In this document: positions 21,201-32,471 of the stretch, piece after piece
How the letters are laid out: each line of letters opens with the position of its first letter
How positions within the stretch are numbered: position 1 is the stretch's first letter
Made by a program: the position numbers and the translations under genes
The notes under the pieces: generated by a model
The model's input: only the letters and a program-made list of their open reading frames with translations
What the model was told of the DNA's origin: nothing
Databases searched by the model: none
NCBI GenBank assembly: GCA_013416795.1
Contig: RQSC01000001.1
Coordinates: 338,213 to 402,212, forward strand
Length of the DNA: 64,000 nt
Reading direction: 5' to 3'
Origin: Prasinococcaceae sp. CCMP 1430
Taxonomy: Eukaryota; Plantae; Prasinodermophyta

Positions 21201-21641
21201 AGGCACCTCCATCCCCGCGCGCCTGAACTCCTCGCGCAGTTTAGCCTCTTCCTCCTTGGCCTCCTTGGCGTCCTGCACCGCGCGGAAGCGGCGCGAGCGC
21301 TGCTGGTTCATCTTGGCGCGCGGTGCGACGCCGTCGATCGCCATGTAGAGCACCTTGCGCGGGCGGATCATGTTGAAGAGGCGGTCGATGTAATCGAAGA
21401 TGCACTCGAAGACCTCGTCCACGGTCGTCGGTGCCGGTCGGTCCTCCGGGTGGAAACACGGGTGGATGATGCCGTTCATGTCGAGGTAGAGGTTGTCGAA
21501 CTCGATGCCGTTCGGGTTGGGCGCCGTCGCGTCGATCGGCGCGAGCACGCCGTCGACCTCGACCTGCGACTGCTCGACCACATCGAGGATGATCTTGGGG
21601 TACTTGTCGCTCAGCCAGCGGTAGAACGCCGGCACCCCCAT
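18250..21641 (-). CDS. XRN3: 5'-3' exoribonuclease XRN2/XRN3 type; 3' end runs into the fibrillin gene
   Basis: [58 protein letters not shown] and [13 protein letters not shown]. Exons 21641-21066, 20714-20448 and 20123 onward. Homology ends at PKPLWHE (about 18255) and the frame stays open to 17592. Confidence 0.9.
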
Positions 21642-22600
21642 CGCCCCCTCCCCTCTTCCCCCCGGCCAGACGCCCTGCCCTCACGCACAGCGGCGCTCTC
21701 CGGCGCTCCCGCCCCGGGCGGCGGGCCTCGCCGCCTGCGGCGGGCGCTCGCTGGCAACCCGCGGCGGAGGCGGCGGAGGCGGCGGCGGAGGCGGAGGCGG
21801 CGGCGCGGTGACGCACGCGGGCGGGCGAGGGGATACGCATCGCCGCGCACTTTCCCCTCTTCTCCCCTTATCCCCCACCCCTTCCTCTCTGTGCTCTCTC
21901 TCGCGGGCGCGAGCGCGAGCGCAGGCGCGAGGGAGGGAGGGGTGGCTAGCACGACGTGCGTTTGAGGGCGCGGGCGGGCGAGGCTGCTTGCGGGTGGGCG
22001 TGGGGCTGGGGCCGAGCGTGGGCGCGATGGAGGCGTGCACGGGAATCGCGCGGGTGGGGACGGCGGCGCGGCCCGCGGCGGCGGCCACGCGTGGAAGGAT
22101 CCGGGCAGCGGCCGCGGCTGCGCCTCGCCCCGCCTCGCGCGCGCGGGCCGCTCCATCGATCGATGGGAGGCGCACGCGCGCGCACCCGGCCGGCCGAGGG
22201 CCCCATCCGCAACGGCGGAACTCGAATTCGACGACCCGCGCAACTCGCGGAAGGCACGTGGCGCAAACGGAAACGGAAAATTGGCGCGGCGCCGCAAAAC
22301 ACGCCGGAGCGAACAATCCGATACGCACCGCTGCGGTTCCGGCAAAACTTCCAGGCAGCCAGCCAGACAGCCAGACCGGCAGGCAGGCAGGCAAAAATCG
22401 ACGCTCGGGGCAAGAAGCAAGTCCAGCCAGCCGGTGCCAACTTGACCAGCCGATTGATGCACGCACGCGGATCCATAGTGAAAAAATGCCCCCGAAACAA
22501 ATCCACGCGGCTATTTCGTCAACAGCGGCTGGTGTGCGCGTGCCACTCGATTTGATACGAAATCAGCGAGCGAGCGAGCGGCTCGCGGCCACGTCGGAAC

Positions 22601-23857
22601 GTGGCAGTTCAACCTGCCCGCCACATCAGCGCTTCGCCGCCCCCCGCCCCCGCCAGCGGGGCCTCGCGGCGTTGCGCGCGCGCGGGCGGCGGGCGGCGCG
22701 GAGGGCGCCAGTGGGAAGACCGATACGACGAGTTTTACTCGGAGTCCAACCCCTTCCCCGAGGAGCTCGTGGCAGGCCCCACAACTGGTGCGGGCCATGC
22801 AGCGCTCAGCACGTGGTCAGCGGCGCGCGTGCGCCTCGTCGGCACTTTCATCGGGCCATACCACCGCACGCGCGGCGAGGACATCGGCGGGCTGGATCCG
22901 CAGCGAGAGGCCGTGTACACGCCGCCGCCTTTCACTGGTGGCAAGCTGCTCGACCCCTCGATGGGCCTGATGCCCGGGGTGGCCCACAGCTATCCCGTCG
23001 GTCACGAGCACATATACTTCGACGCCGGTAGGGAGCTGCGCGCGCCGGCCGACTGTGGCACGCCCGCGCCGCGCGCGGCACCGCTGCCCAACGGCGTGAT
23101 GAGCAAGGTGATGACCGTGGGATCCAAGGAGCGCTACCCCAAGGACATTGACGTGGTCAACTTCCACGCGACCGCGTGGGACAGGGAGAGTGGCATCATG
23201 CTGGGCACGACCACGCGCGGCAATGGCACGCCGCAGCTGCGCCCTCTGGACTCCATTGACGGAGGCCTTCGCGGGGTCCTCGAGGCCATGTCTCCGGGCG
23301 AACGGCGGCGCGCGTGGGTGGAGGACAGGTGCTACGATCTGCACATGCTCGACTGCCTCGAGTGCTGGACCCCCGAAACGCCCGCTGACGTCGGGAACGC
23401 GCCCGCGTCTGCCACGAGCGTTGAGCTCGTTGCCGACGACGGCAGTGGTGCTACCGCGTCACTTCATTACATCACGCTCTCCGAGGGCGCGCCGGGCGGT
23501 GACACGCCTGACGTGTTTGACGAGGTGCGCGTTCACTACTCGTGCTGGACCGCCGACGGAGAGCTCGTCGAAACGACAGGATGGCACGGCATGCCCGCAG
23601 AGCTCCCCGTGGGCGCCGTCGTGCCCGGGCTGTCCGCTGCGCTGCAGCAAATGAGCGTCGGCGAGAGCGTGCGCGTGTGGTTGCCGTCCGAGCTGGCGTA
23701 CGGCGATGTGGACCTGCCCGAGAACGATGTCCCCACGGGCCCCCTCACGTTTGAAGTTGAGCTCCTGGGCATCCAGCGCGAAACCAAGACGGGCATCAGA
23801 CTCCCGACGGTCGTTGAGCCAAACACCGGGCCATCTGCGATCCAAAAGATGTTCTAA
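22601..23857 (+). CDS. FKBP-type peptidyl-prolyl isomerase with two FKBP domains; start unresolved
   Basis: FKBP2: DEVRVHYSCWTADGELVETT..VVPGLSAALQQMSVGESVRVWLPSELAYG..LTFEVELL. A degenerate FKBP1 lies upstream (DVVNFHATAWD..GVLEAMSPGERRRAW). Each is preceded by an AP(A)DV/CG-P motif. Confidence 0.75.
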   Translation: MAVQPARHISASPPPAPASGASRRCARAGGGRRGGRQWEDRYDEFYSESNPFPEELVAGPTTGAGHAALSTWSAARVRLVGTFIGPYHRTRGEDIGGLDPQREAVYTPPPFTGGKLLDPSMGLMPGVAHSYPVGHEHIYFDAGRELRAPADCGTPAPRAAPLPNGVMSKVMTVGSKERYPKDIDVVNFHATAWDRESGIMLGTTTRGNGTPQLRPLDSIDGGLRGVLEAMSPGERRRAWVEDRCYDLHMLDCLECWTPETPADVGNAPASATSVELVADDGSGATASLHYITLSEGAPGGDTPDVFDEVRVHYSCWTADGELVETTGWHGMPAELPVGAVVPGLSAALQQMSVGESVRVWLPSELAYGDVDLPENDVPTGPLTFEVELLGIQRETKTGIRLPTVVEPNTGPSAIQKMF

Positions 23858-24008
23858 GTTGCGGCGCGCTTGGGGTACCGCTACGGCCGGTAATGTATTG
23901 TGGACACCCGTGCACACCCACATGCGCAACGAACGCGCCATACGTTGCGGCCAATGCAGTAGAGCGCAACGAGCACGCACAGGGCCCTTGCTTACGCGTG
24001 CGTGCTAG

Positions 24009-25547
24009 CTAGGGACCGGCGCCTTCCTCGATCCCGAAGCGTTCTCGCATCTCCCTCGGCAGAGAGAAAGGGTTGACTATCTCACCACCAGCACCACACC
24101 TGTGCCGCCTATACTTGGGGTCCTCGTGGTCGAAGAACGGGCAGCGCCCTATCTTGGTGTGGCTCTGCAGCCCGCAGCCGCATCGCATGCACAGGAAGCT
24201 ACTTGTGTCGTTGTGGCCGCTGCCAAGCTTAGCGAAGTAGCCCTCGCAGGCTAAACACTCCGTGCAGCGCCCGCGCACGTCGTTGAACAGGTCACAAGAG
24301 GTCTCGTCGAGCTCGGGGCCGTCGGGGCCAACGTGCACACGCCACTATCGCGGAGTTTGTGCGCGTCAGGATCCAAGCCTTGCGTGCACGGACGCACAAT
24401 GTACACACCAACGCACTCACGTTCGTGCGCAAGCTTTCGCGGCACACACCTTATGCGCTGTCAGCTCCCGCTCCGAACCGCGCTTCTCCTTCTCCGCTCG
24501 ATCTCGCTTGCGATTTAAGTCTGTCATGGCGGTGAATTTCGCCACATTGCTGCCGTCCACCACGCCTCCCTGCATGCCGATCGACTCGAAGCCATTCGAG
24601 AGCTTCTTGCCGTCGTTGTTGTGCGGCGAGCGGTACACAGGCAGGCGCGCGGCGTTTTCGAAGGCCTTGCGCCGCTCGGCGGCCTCACATCGCTCGCGCT
24701 CTCGCCTCTCAATCGCGCGCGAAGAATCGCCCCCCTTGGCCTGCGCCTGGTCCAAGCCCTCTCGCAGCCCTCCGTCCTCGCCGCATGCGGCCAGGCCGCG
24801 CTCGTACGCCTCTGCCGCCTCATCATACTTGCGCAGCATGAGCATCGCCTGCCCAAGTCGGCCGTATGGTTTCGCCCATGCGCGATTGAGCTCGATCGCG
24901 CGCTCTGCGTCCCACGCCGCCTCGGCGTACCTTTTCAATTTGAGATAACACGCCGCGCGATTCGAGAGGCACTTCCCGCCGAGATTGTCGTCGCCCCGTC
25001 CGGCCCGGCTCCCCACCGCATTGATGGCCTGCGTGTAAAAGTCGCACGCTTTCTCGGGCCTGCCGGCGCCGAAGGCAGCGTTGCCCTCGTCGCGGTAGTG
25101 TGCAGCGCGCTCGAGCGGTGGTTTATCGCGGAAACGCTCCGGCGCGGCGCCTGCGGCCGACTCCGCGGCGCGGCGTACCTCGTCGCGCTCGGTCTGCGTT
25201 GCCGAAGGATCGAAGAAATCGCCGTCATCGGCCTCGCCCTCGAGGATGAGACGACAATTCTGGTTGAGCTTGAGGTCCTTGAGCTTAGTTGCATCAATGG
25301 TGAGCCCAAGCTTGACCGCGGTCCTCTTCGCCACTGCGTCGTCTGCGGGACGTATTTGCTGCCTGCTCCGGCGGACCTTGGTGCGCTCTTGGATGGCGCG
25401 CCTAAGATCGAGCACGGTCGCGTTCTCGTCGAGCTCGAGCTTGATTGTGCGGCCATCCCAAAAGACGACAAAGCCTAGCTTCCGCACGGACTTGAGAGTG
25501 CCCATCAGGTCGCCCAGTTTGAGGGCTGTGCCCTTCTCCACAGGCAT
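24009..25547 (-). CDS. Ubiquitin-like - 3xTPR - C-terminal Cys/His-rich (zinc-binding-like) protein
   Basis: Exons 25547-24450 and 24344-24009 join in frame (GT..CCTGAC..TAG intron). Ubl: IKLELDENATVLDLRRAIQERT. TPR: YRDEGNAAF, LSNRAACYLKL, KPYGRLGQA. Tail: RGRCTECLACEGY..LCMRCGCGLQSH. Confidence 0.75.
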
Positions 25548-26255
25548 GGTGCGAACCGCCGACAGCCCCCCCCACCCTCGCCTCCCTCCCGCACGAGCGA
25601 CAACACCCACACGCGCTCACCGCCCGCTCTCCTGGCACTCGCACCCTCCGCTCCCTTCACCCTCCTCTCCGCGCCTCCGCCCGCGGCTGGGCCACGGGCC
25701 GCGCGGGCGCCGCCGGCGGCGGGCAGCGGTGTGTGGCGCGTGCGCCCGTTCGCGCGCGTTCCCCCGGCGCGCGAGGACGCTTCGCGCGCCCGCTCATCGT
25801 CCCGCCCCGAGCGCATGCGGCGCGCCCCTCACAAACGCCTCCGTTGTGCGCCTGCGTTTCGATACGGCGATCCGTTCCCCGAGACCGGCAATGGATCGCC
25901 CATCAAATAACCTCTCGGCGTGGGAGTGGCTTTTTGGTGGCCACGCGGAGGGGCTTTGGTTGGGGAATCGAACGGCGTCGACGCCTCCCCTCCCTCCAGC
26001 GTTGGTTTACTGTACATACGGCTGACGCCGATCAAGCGCGTGGTCGAGGGAGACGGGGGTTGCGGGTCGGACCCAAGCGGGAGACGGAGAGGAGGGGTGC
26101 TACGGACCTCGCCGCATTAGGTGACAAGCGGGCGTCGTGCTCGCGCTTGCGCACGCTGACATGCGTCACCCAGGCTCAGAGCGACGCGCCTGCCAATCTG
26201 CGTTGCATCGTCTGAGGTCACTTAAATGCGGCGCCTCAGGCCGCGAAGGCAGATC

Positions 26256-27612
26256 TCACAGCTTGTTGAGCCTGGAACAGATCACAACGCGTATGGACTG
26301 GTCGAAGGAGCCACACACGGCGAGCCCCTCCTTGTCCTGGCTCCAGTCCCAGCAGTTGACGGGTTGCGTGCTCAGCTGGCGGTACGTCAGGCAATGGACC
26401 TCACCACACACGCCGTAGTCGTGGCCCTCTGCGTCCTGCGCACGGCGTTGGTCGGGGTACGAGTACTGTGCACGCCCACACACGAGCACGTTGTCGGGCA
26501 CGGACGGGCGCGCACGTGAGCGCACGTTCGTCGAAAAACGGCGGCATTTGCATCAGCAGCGTCAGCTCATTTCTGGCACGCCGAGCACGCGCGCGCCCGG
26601 CTCGACATGCGCGTACCTTGTACAGCGAGACCGTTCCATCACCTCCTCCTACCATGAATAGATCGCGATTCTGGGGTAGGTGGCGTGTGCCCCAGAGTGT
26701 GGCCCCTGTGGGGAACTTCTCCGCTACACTCGCGTACCCCTTCTCCTTGTGACGTGTGCGCATGTCGAAGACGTGAAACTTGCCCTCGAGCGTGGCCACA
26801 GCGCATTTGTTCATGTGTATGTCCTTGCGGTCAAATTCAACGGCACACACGCCGTTCTTGACGTTCTTCTCCCACCTCACCTGCCCGTTGCGCAAATCGA
26901 AGAGCTTGACGTCGCCGTTGTCGTACCCAGCCAGCACGGACCTGTCGTCGTCGCAGTGCGAGTCACCGAAGGAGACACTCCAACAGTCGGGCACGGCCTC
27001 CAGACCCGCGGGCGGCTCAAAGGCCGCCACGGGCGCGTCCCGCTGGCGCGGATCCCACACGCACACGCGACCGTCCCGCGCCCCTGTCACGATTTCGGGC
27101 GCGCCATACCCTCTGCGCTGCCCCCCCATAGCGTCCATGGCGTTGATAATACCGCCGTGCGCCTGCACTTTCCACACTGGCGACGCCAGGCGCTCCAGGT
27201 CCCAACTGGCGAGCGTGCCAGCAAAGTCACCCGTAGCGATGTGGCGATCCGTCAGCGACGACGCTCCAAACGAGCCACAGCGGAGCGGGCTGGCGCTCTC
27301 CGCTTCGGTGAGCAGCTTCACGCCCGACCCATCAAGCTCGTACACTTGAAGCGCGCCGCTTCCGCGCGCATGGCTGCCGAGTACAACGAAGCGCGCACTC
27401 AAGGGCACCCATTTTGTGTCGTACACCGTGAGTGCCAGCGACTTGTGCACGTGTTCGAGGATCTGTGGACGGTTGGTCGCGTCGAGGCCGCCATACGTCG
27501 TTCGCTCCTCCTGCGGCTTGCCGCCGTCGGCACCGGGAGCGCCGCCGGGTGCGGCCGCGGCCGCGCCGGCCATCGCCTCACGCGCGAGGGCCATCTGCGC
27601 CTCCATCGACAT
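26256..27612 (-). CDS. WDR92: WD repeat-containing protein 92 / dynein axonemal assembly factor 10 (Monad), PAQosome subunit
   Basis: PQILEHVHKSLALTVYDTKWVPLSARFVVLG, HIATGDFAG, EIVTGARDG, YPDQR..GVCG and DWSQDKEGLAVCGSFDQSIRV match WDR92. Exons 27612-26617 and 26465-26256. Confidence 0.92.
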
Positions 27613-28302
27613 GGCAGGCTTGCCTCTTCAGGCGCACGCCCGAGAGCCTCGAGCCTGGCGACGCGCGTGTCCGCGCAGGCCGGTCAAACGGTGCCACGTG
27701 CGCGCGCCCACGCCGCGCCCACGAGCAGGCGGGTTGGCTTTCGCTTTCGGTGTGGCAAGCTGCGGCCGGCCTCGGGCCGGCGAGGGCAGCCGGACACGAC
27801 CTCGCTGCTCAATTGGCTGGCTCCAAGCGCACGGATCGCCGCCGCCGCGCGCGCGCGGTGTGCCACCCGCCCGAGCGCGCTGGCTGCCCGCCAGGCGGGC
27901 GCGCGGGTCGCCGATCACCGCTGCCCTGCCTCGGGGAACGCATGCGGCGCCGGTCAAATGCGGCGGCCTCGGCCACTCGCAGCCAACATTTACTTAACCC
28001 TACATACGACCCCAAATGAACCCAAACCTCATTTTCTTCATTGGACGCGTGCTGGCAGCCTGGGGCGCCGGGCGCGGGCGCGGCACACAGCGTGCGGCCA
28101 CCGGGCTGCCCCCTCCCCCCCCCCTCCCCCCCCCCCTTCGGGCCCCAACGCTCGGCCTCGCTTCTCTGTGGGCTTCTTTCGTGTGCGCGGGGCGCGCGCG
28201 GTCGTGAGGAGTGCCGCTCGACGGGTCACGCGCCTCAGTGTGCCCCCCCTCCCCACCCGCCCTCATCGTGCTCCGGCCAGTGGGCGCACCTCGAGGTCTT
28301 GG

Positions 28303-28572
28303 ATGGGCGGGCGTGAGGCGCGCGCAGGGGCGGCGGCCGTGGCGTCGGGAGCAGGCGCGGCGCCAGGCGGCGCGCCGACTGCTGAGCAGCTTCGCGTTGC
28401 CGCTGCTGAGCTCGGCGCAGTCAGGCCGGGCGCGCGCGTGTTTGCCGCCGCCGCGCCCGGTGGCGCGTTCTTCCCGGCGACGGCGGCGGATGCAAAAGCG
28501 CGCGTAGAGAAGGCCCTCAAGGCGGAGGAGGAGCGGGCGAAGGAGGAGCAGGCGAATCGTACGGTCTTATGA
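28303..28572 (+). CDS. Small ASDURF-like beta-prefoldin protein (89 aa)
   Basis: ATG 28303 to TGA 28572. It has a helix - beta-hairpin - helix pattern, EQLRVAAAELGAVRPGARVF..GGAFFPAT..AKARVEKAL, matching the EL..L....V[YF]......FF pattern of ASDURF/beta-prefoldins as I recall it. Confidence 0.6.
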   Translation: MGGREARAGAAAVASGAGAAPGGAPTAEQLRVAAAELGAVRPGARVFAAAAPGGAFFPATAADAKARVEKALKAEEERAKEEQANRTVL

Positions 28573-28643
28573 GAGCACAATGTACTAAGGGAATAATGAT
28601 CACAGCCCGCAACCTTCTACGGCACCCATCTCCGCCTGCGCGC

Positions 28644-30129
28644 TCATGCCTGTAGGGGCGCACGGCGCACCGATTCGGAAAACGGCATGGCGCGCGCTTC
28701 AGGTCCGGGGCTAAGGCTGGCCTTGGCCGCGAGAGGGGCCGCCAGGTCGTCCTCCTCATCGTCGTCCAAAGCCCATGGTGGACGAATCAAGCGCGGGGGC
28801 AAGGTCATCGCGCGCACAGGCTCAGGCGCTGGTTCGGGCGCGGCCGGTGGTGCGCCACCCCGCGAAGTCTCTCCACTCGGCTTTCGCTGCTTGCGCTCTG
28901 GCTTCTCTCGCTCTCCGTCCCGATCATGCCCCTTTCGCTCGCGATCCGTCGGCAACACAAGGTCCTCTCCCTTGCCCTCCGCTCGGTCGGCGGCCGCCGC
29001 CGCCTCGGCTGCCGCCTCGAGCCGCTCCAGCCTGTCGATGACCGCCGCCAGCGATGGCCTCTGTGCCCTCTTGGGCTTGATGCATTTCTTGGCGACGCGC
29101 GCGATCTCGAGGAAGGCATCGCGAGGCCATCGCGCGCTCGCGTCCGCCAGCGCCAGCGCCGAGCGCTCGCGCTTGAACGCGTCCTCCACTACCTCCACCA
29201 GCTCTTTGTCATCCACCATCGCAGGTTTGGCCGTGAGCATCTGCAGCACCATCACGCCGAATGAGTACACGTCACACGCTGCGTCATATCGCCCGGTGCG
29301 AGCAAACTCCGGACAGATGAAGCCGTACGTGCCCGCCAGGTGGCGCGTGGCCGCGTGTGTTGCTCCGGAGGCTTGCGCGGGGCCGTGCCTCGCGAGTCCG
29401 AAGTCCGCGAGGCAAGCGTTGTTTGACTTGTCAAGAAGCACGTTCGAGCCCTTCACGTCGAGGTCTATTCAGTCGCGCCGAGACGCCGTCAGCGCCATGC
29501 ACTCAAGCGCATCGAGCAGCGATAGAGCAGCGAGCAGGAAGGGCAGGCGCAAACGCGCGCGCCTTGGCGCAGGGTACGCTGCGAGCTAAGGGAGGGGTGC
29601 GATCTGCCCCCCGAAGCTGGTGGCGACACGTACGTACGACGGGCGGGCTGAGCGAGTGCAGGTACATCAGCGCGCGGGCGAGCTGGCGCAACACCGAGAG
29701 GCGCACGCGCCAGTGCAGTGGTGGCAGCTTCGGGCCGTCCCGCCGCGGAAACAGCCGGTCGTCCACCGTGCCAGCGTCCATGAGCTCATACACTAACGCC
29801 CGCTCGCCATCGGGGCCGATAGCGCCCCCGATGAAGGTCACAACGTTCGGGTGCCGCAGTCTGGAGAGCACGGCCGCCTCCTGCTCATACTCGGCGGCGC
29901 TCTGGAGCGTGCTGATGCCATAGCGTGGGGTGGCCTTGAGGCGCATGCGCTTGACCGCCACAGGCGTGCCCCTTTCCTTGTTGAAGAGCTTACCGCTGTA
30001 CACAGGCCCGAAAGCTCCGTCGCCCAGGAGGTTGCGTTCGGAGAAGCCGTCGGTCGCCGCGACAATGTCGTCCCACTTCAGCTCCAGCGCCGACCCCCGC
30101 GGCACGTGAGGCGCGACCAGGGGCGCCAT
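28644..30129 (-). CDS. RLK/Pelle (IRAK)-family receptor-like cytoplasmic kinase, non-RD (HLD)
   Basis: WDDIVAATDGFSERNLLGDGAFGPVY, VAVK, LRHPNVV, LVYE, LHWRVRL, ADFGLAR, GTYGFICPEF and DVYSFG. Phase-1 intron 29633-29465 restores VHLDVKGSN. No TM or ectodomain. Confidence 0.88.
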
Positions 30130-30454
30130 CGCCGCCCCCGCCTCAGCCGCCGCGGCCCTCCCCCACGCGGCCCGCTGCCACCCGCGTCCCGCGGCGACGG
30201 TGTGGCTCAGAGGCGCGGGCGCCGGCGTCTTCGGGGAACGAACCAATTCAAACCTTGCGTGCATGGAGACGCGCCCCATGCATTCTGATGAGCACGGATG
30301 CAATCATCATGTATCTGTGCGTGCGTGTTTTTTTTTTGCCGAGCATTTTTTATTTATTTTTGTGGCGTTTGGTGTTTGCGTGAGCGCGCGCGCGCGCGCG
30401 CGGGTGCCACACTGCACGCGAGGTGCCCCCCGCACATCCTCCCCTACAGGCGTC

Positions 30455-32259
30455 ATGGTGCGTGCGAGCGCATGCGATCGGGTGAACCGCGGCGGTGCCG
30501 GCAGCGGCAGCGCGCGCGCGCGCGGTGGGGGTGGATCAGGGGTCGCGACGCGCGCGCGCGCGCCCGCGCCACCACGCGACGTCTTTTTCTTGCGTTTTCT
30601 GCGCAGCTTTTCCGTGATTCGTCTTGGTGCACGTGTCGCGAACTCGAGGGGGACGCTCTTCGCGCTGCGCGCGCTCGCCCCGCCCGCGCTCGCCCTCACC
30701 CCCGCTCCCCTGTCGCCGCGAGGGGCGATTTCCCTTGCCCACCGGCGCGCCGATGCCCGACCTCCCCAACCCCACCGCGTGTCCACGCTGACCCAGCCGC
30801 CGCACCGACCGACTGCCGTCGTTTCAAATGCACGCGCGCGATTCGATCGCCGCCGGCCGCCGCCCCGCGCTGCGGGCTCTGTCCTCCACGCACCATCTCC
30901 TTCGCCCCCCCTCCCCCTCTACCGTGCATTCCACAGGCGCTCCCCGGTCAGGTCACGCCCGCTGGCGTGCCCGAGTTCAAGCTCGTGATCGTGGGCGACG
31001 GCGGCACCGGTGCGTCTGCGCGCGCCTGCGCTCCGCTGCTTCGCCCCCTCCACCGCCCCCGCCGTGCCCTCGCGGCGGCGGCCGCCGCCCAGCGACAGCG
31101 GGGCCAGTGCAAGCTGACGCGCGCCGTACCCCCATCCCGCCCGTCGTATCCTACCGCCGCGTAATAGGCAAGACCACCTTCGTGAAGCGTCACATCTCCG
31201 GCGAGTTCGAGAAGAAGTATGAGCGTAAGTGGCACGCGCCCGGTTGCACACCGCTCGCTCCGCTGCGGGCGCCGCCGCTCCATGCCTTTCGAGCGCGCGC
31301 TGCCCGCGTGCCGCTGACATGCCGCGCCGCACGCGCGCACGTGCCGCCCGCCGGTCCCGACCGCTCGCAGCGACCATCGGTGTGGAGGTCAAGCCGCTTG
31401 ACTTTACCACCAACCTCGGCAAGATCAGGTTCTACTGCTGGGACACCGCCGGCCAGGAGAAGTTCGGCGGGCTGCGTGACGGGTGCGTGTGCGCGCTGCG
31501 CGAGGGTGCGACTTCTTGGCGCGCGCCGCGCTTGGCAGGCGCAAGCGCGCGCACCCGGCCAGCTGGAGGGATGCGTGGCTGGATCTTGTAGGTGCAGGGC
31601 TGCCCTCAGTCGCGTGCCCACCCTGGCCAGCGCGTGCACATGGGTGCGCGATGCGGTGCATTGCAGCTTGGTGCATGCTTCGAATGCGGCGCGCTCATGC
31701 TGACGCGATCCATGCGGCACAGGTACTACATCAAGGGCCAGTGCGCCATCATGATGTTCGACGTGACGTCGCGCCTGACGTACAAGAACATCCCCACCTG
31801 GCACCGTGACCTCACGCGCGTGTGCGAGAACATCCCGATCGTGCTCTGTGGCAACAAGGTCGACGTGAAGAACCGCCAGGTGAAGGCGAAGCAGGTGACC
31901 TTCCACCGCAAGAAGAACCTCCAGTACTACGAGATCTCGGCCAAGTCGAACTACAACTACGAGAAGCCCTTCCTGTACCTCGCGCGTAAGCTCTGCGGCA
32001 ACCCCCAGCTGTTCTTCGTGGGCGAGGTGGCGCTCGCGCCGCCCGAGGCGCAGGTCGACGCGGCGGCGCAGGCGCAGCACGAGCAGGAGCTGGTGGCCGC
32101 GATGGCGCAGCCGCTGCCCGAGGATGACGATGACTTCATGGTGAGTTGTGCGACGACAACCGTGCGCGATCGCGCCCGTGGCATTCTCGCCGACGTCCCC
32201 ACTGCGGGCATGCGCTGACACGCGCGCACGCGCCACGCCTGCTGCACGCTGCACAGTAA
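30455..32259 (+). CDS. RAN: GTP-binding nuclear protein Ran
   Basis: [50 protein letters not shown] and acidic tail PEDDDDFM. Exons: 30455-30457 (ATG), 30937-31009, 31168-31224, 31371-31482, 31723-32140 and 32257-32259 (TAA). Confidence 0.95.
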
Positions 32260-32471
32260 TCCGCGAGCGCCGCTGCCCTGTGCTTTGTAAATGAACCCTT
32301 CCAAAAAAAAAAAAAAAAGCGGCTCACTGGACTGGACCGCATGCGCGGCCGGCGGCTGGCTCGCAGTGCTCGCTCGCGCCACAGAGCGCACGCGCCACGG
32401 AAGGGGTGGGGCAGGGGTGGGGGTGGGGGGCACAGCGCGCGGCTGGGACGTGCGCCGCGCGCGGTGTGGCG

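Noticed and set aside
25891-26025. Small ORF MDRPSNNLSAWEWLFGG between the TPR gene and WDR92
   Set aside because: No recognisable motif or splice support. It is probably UTR or promoter sequence.
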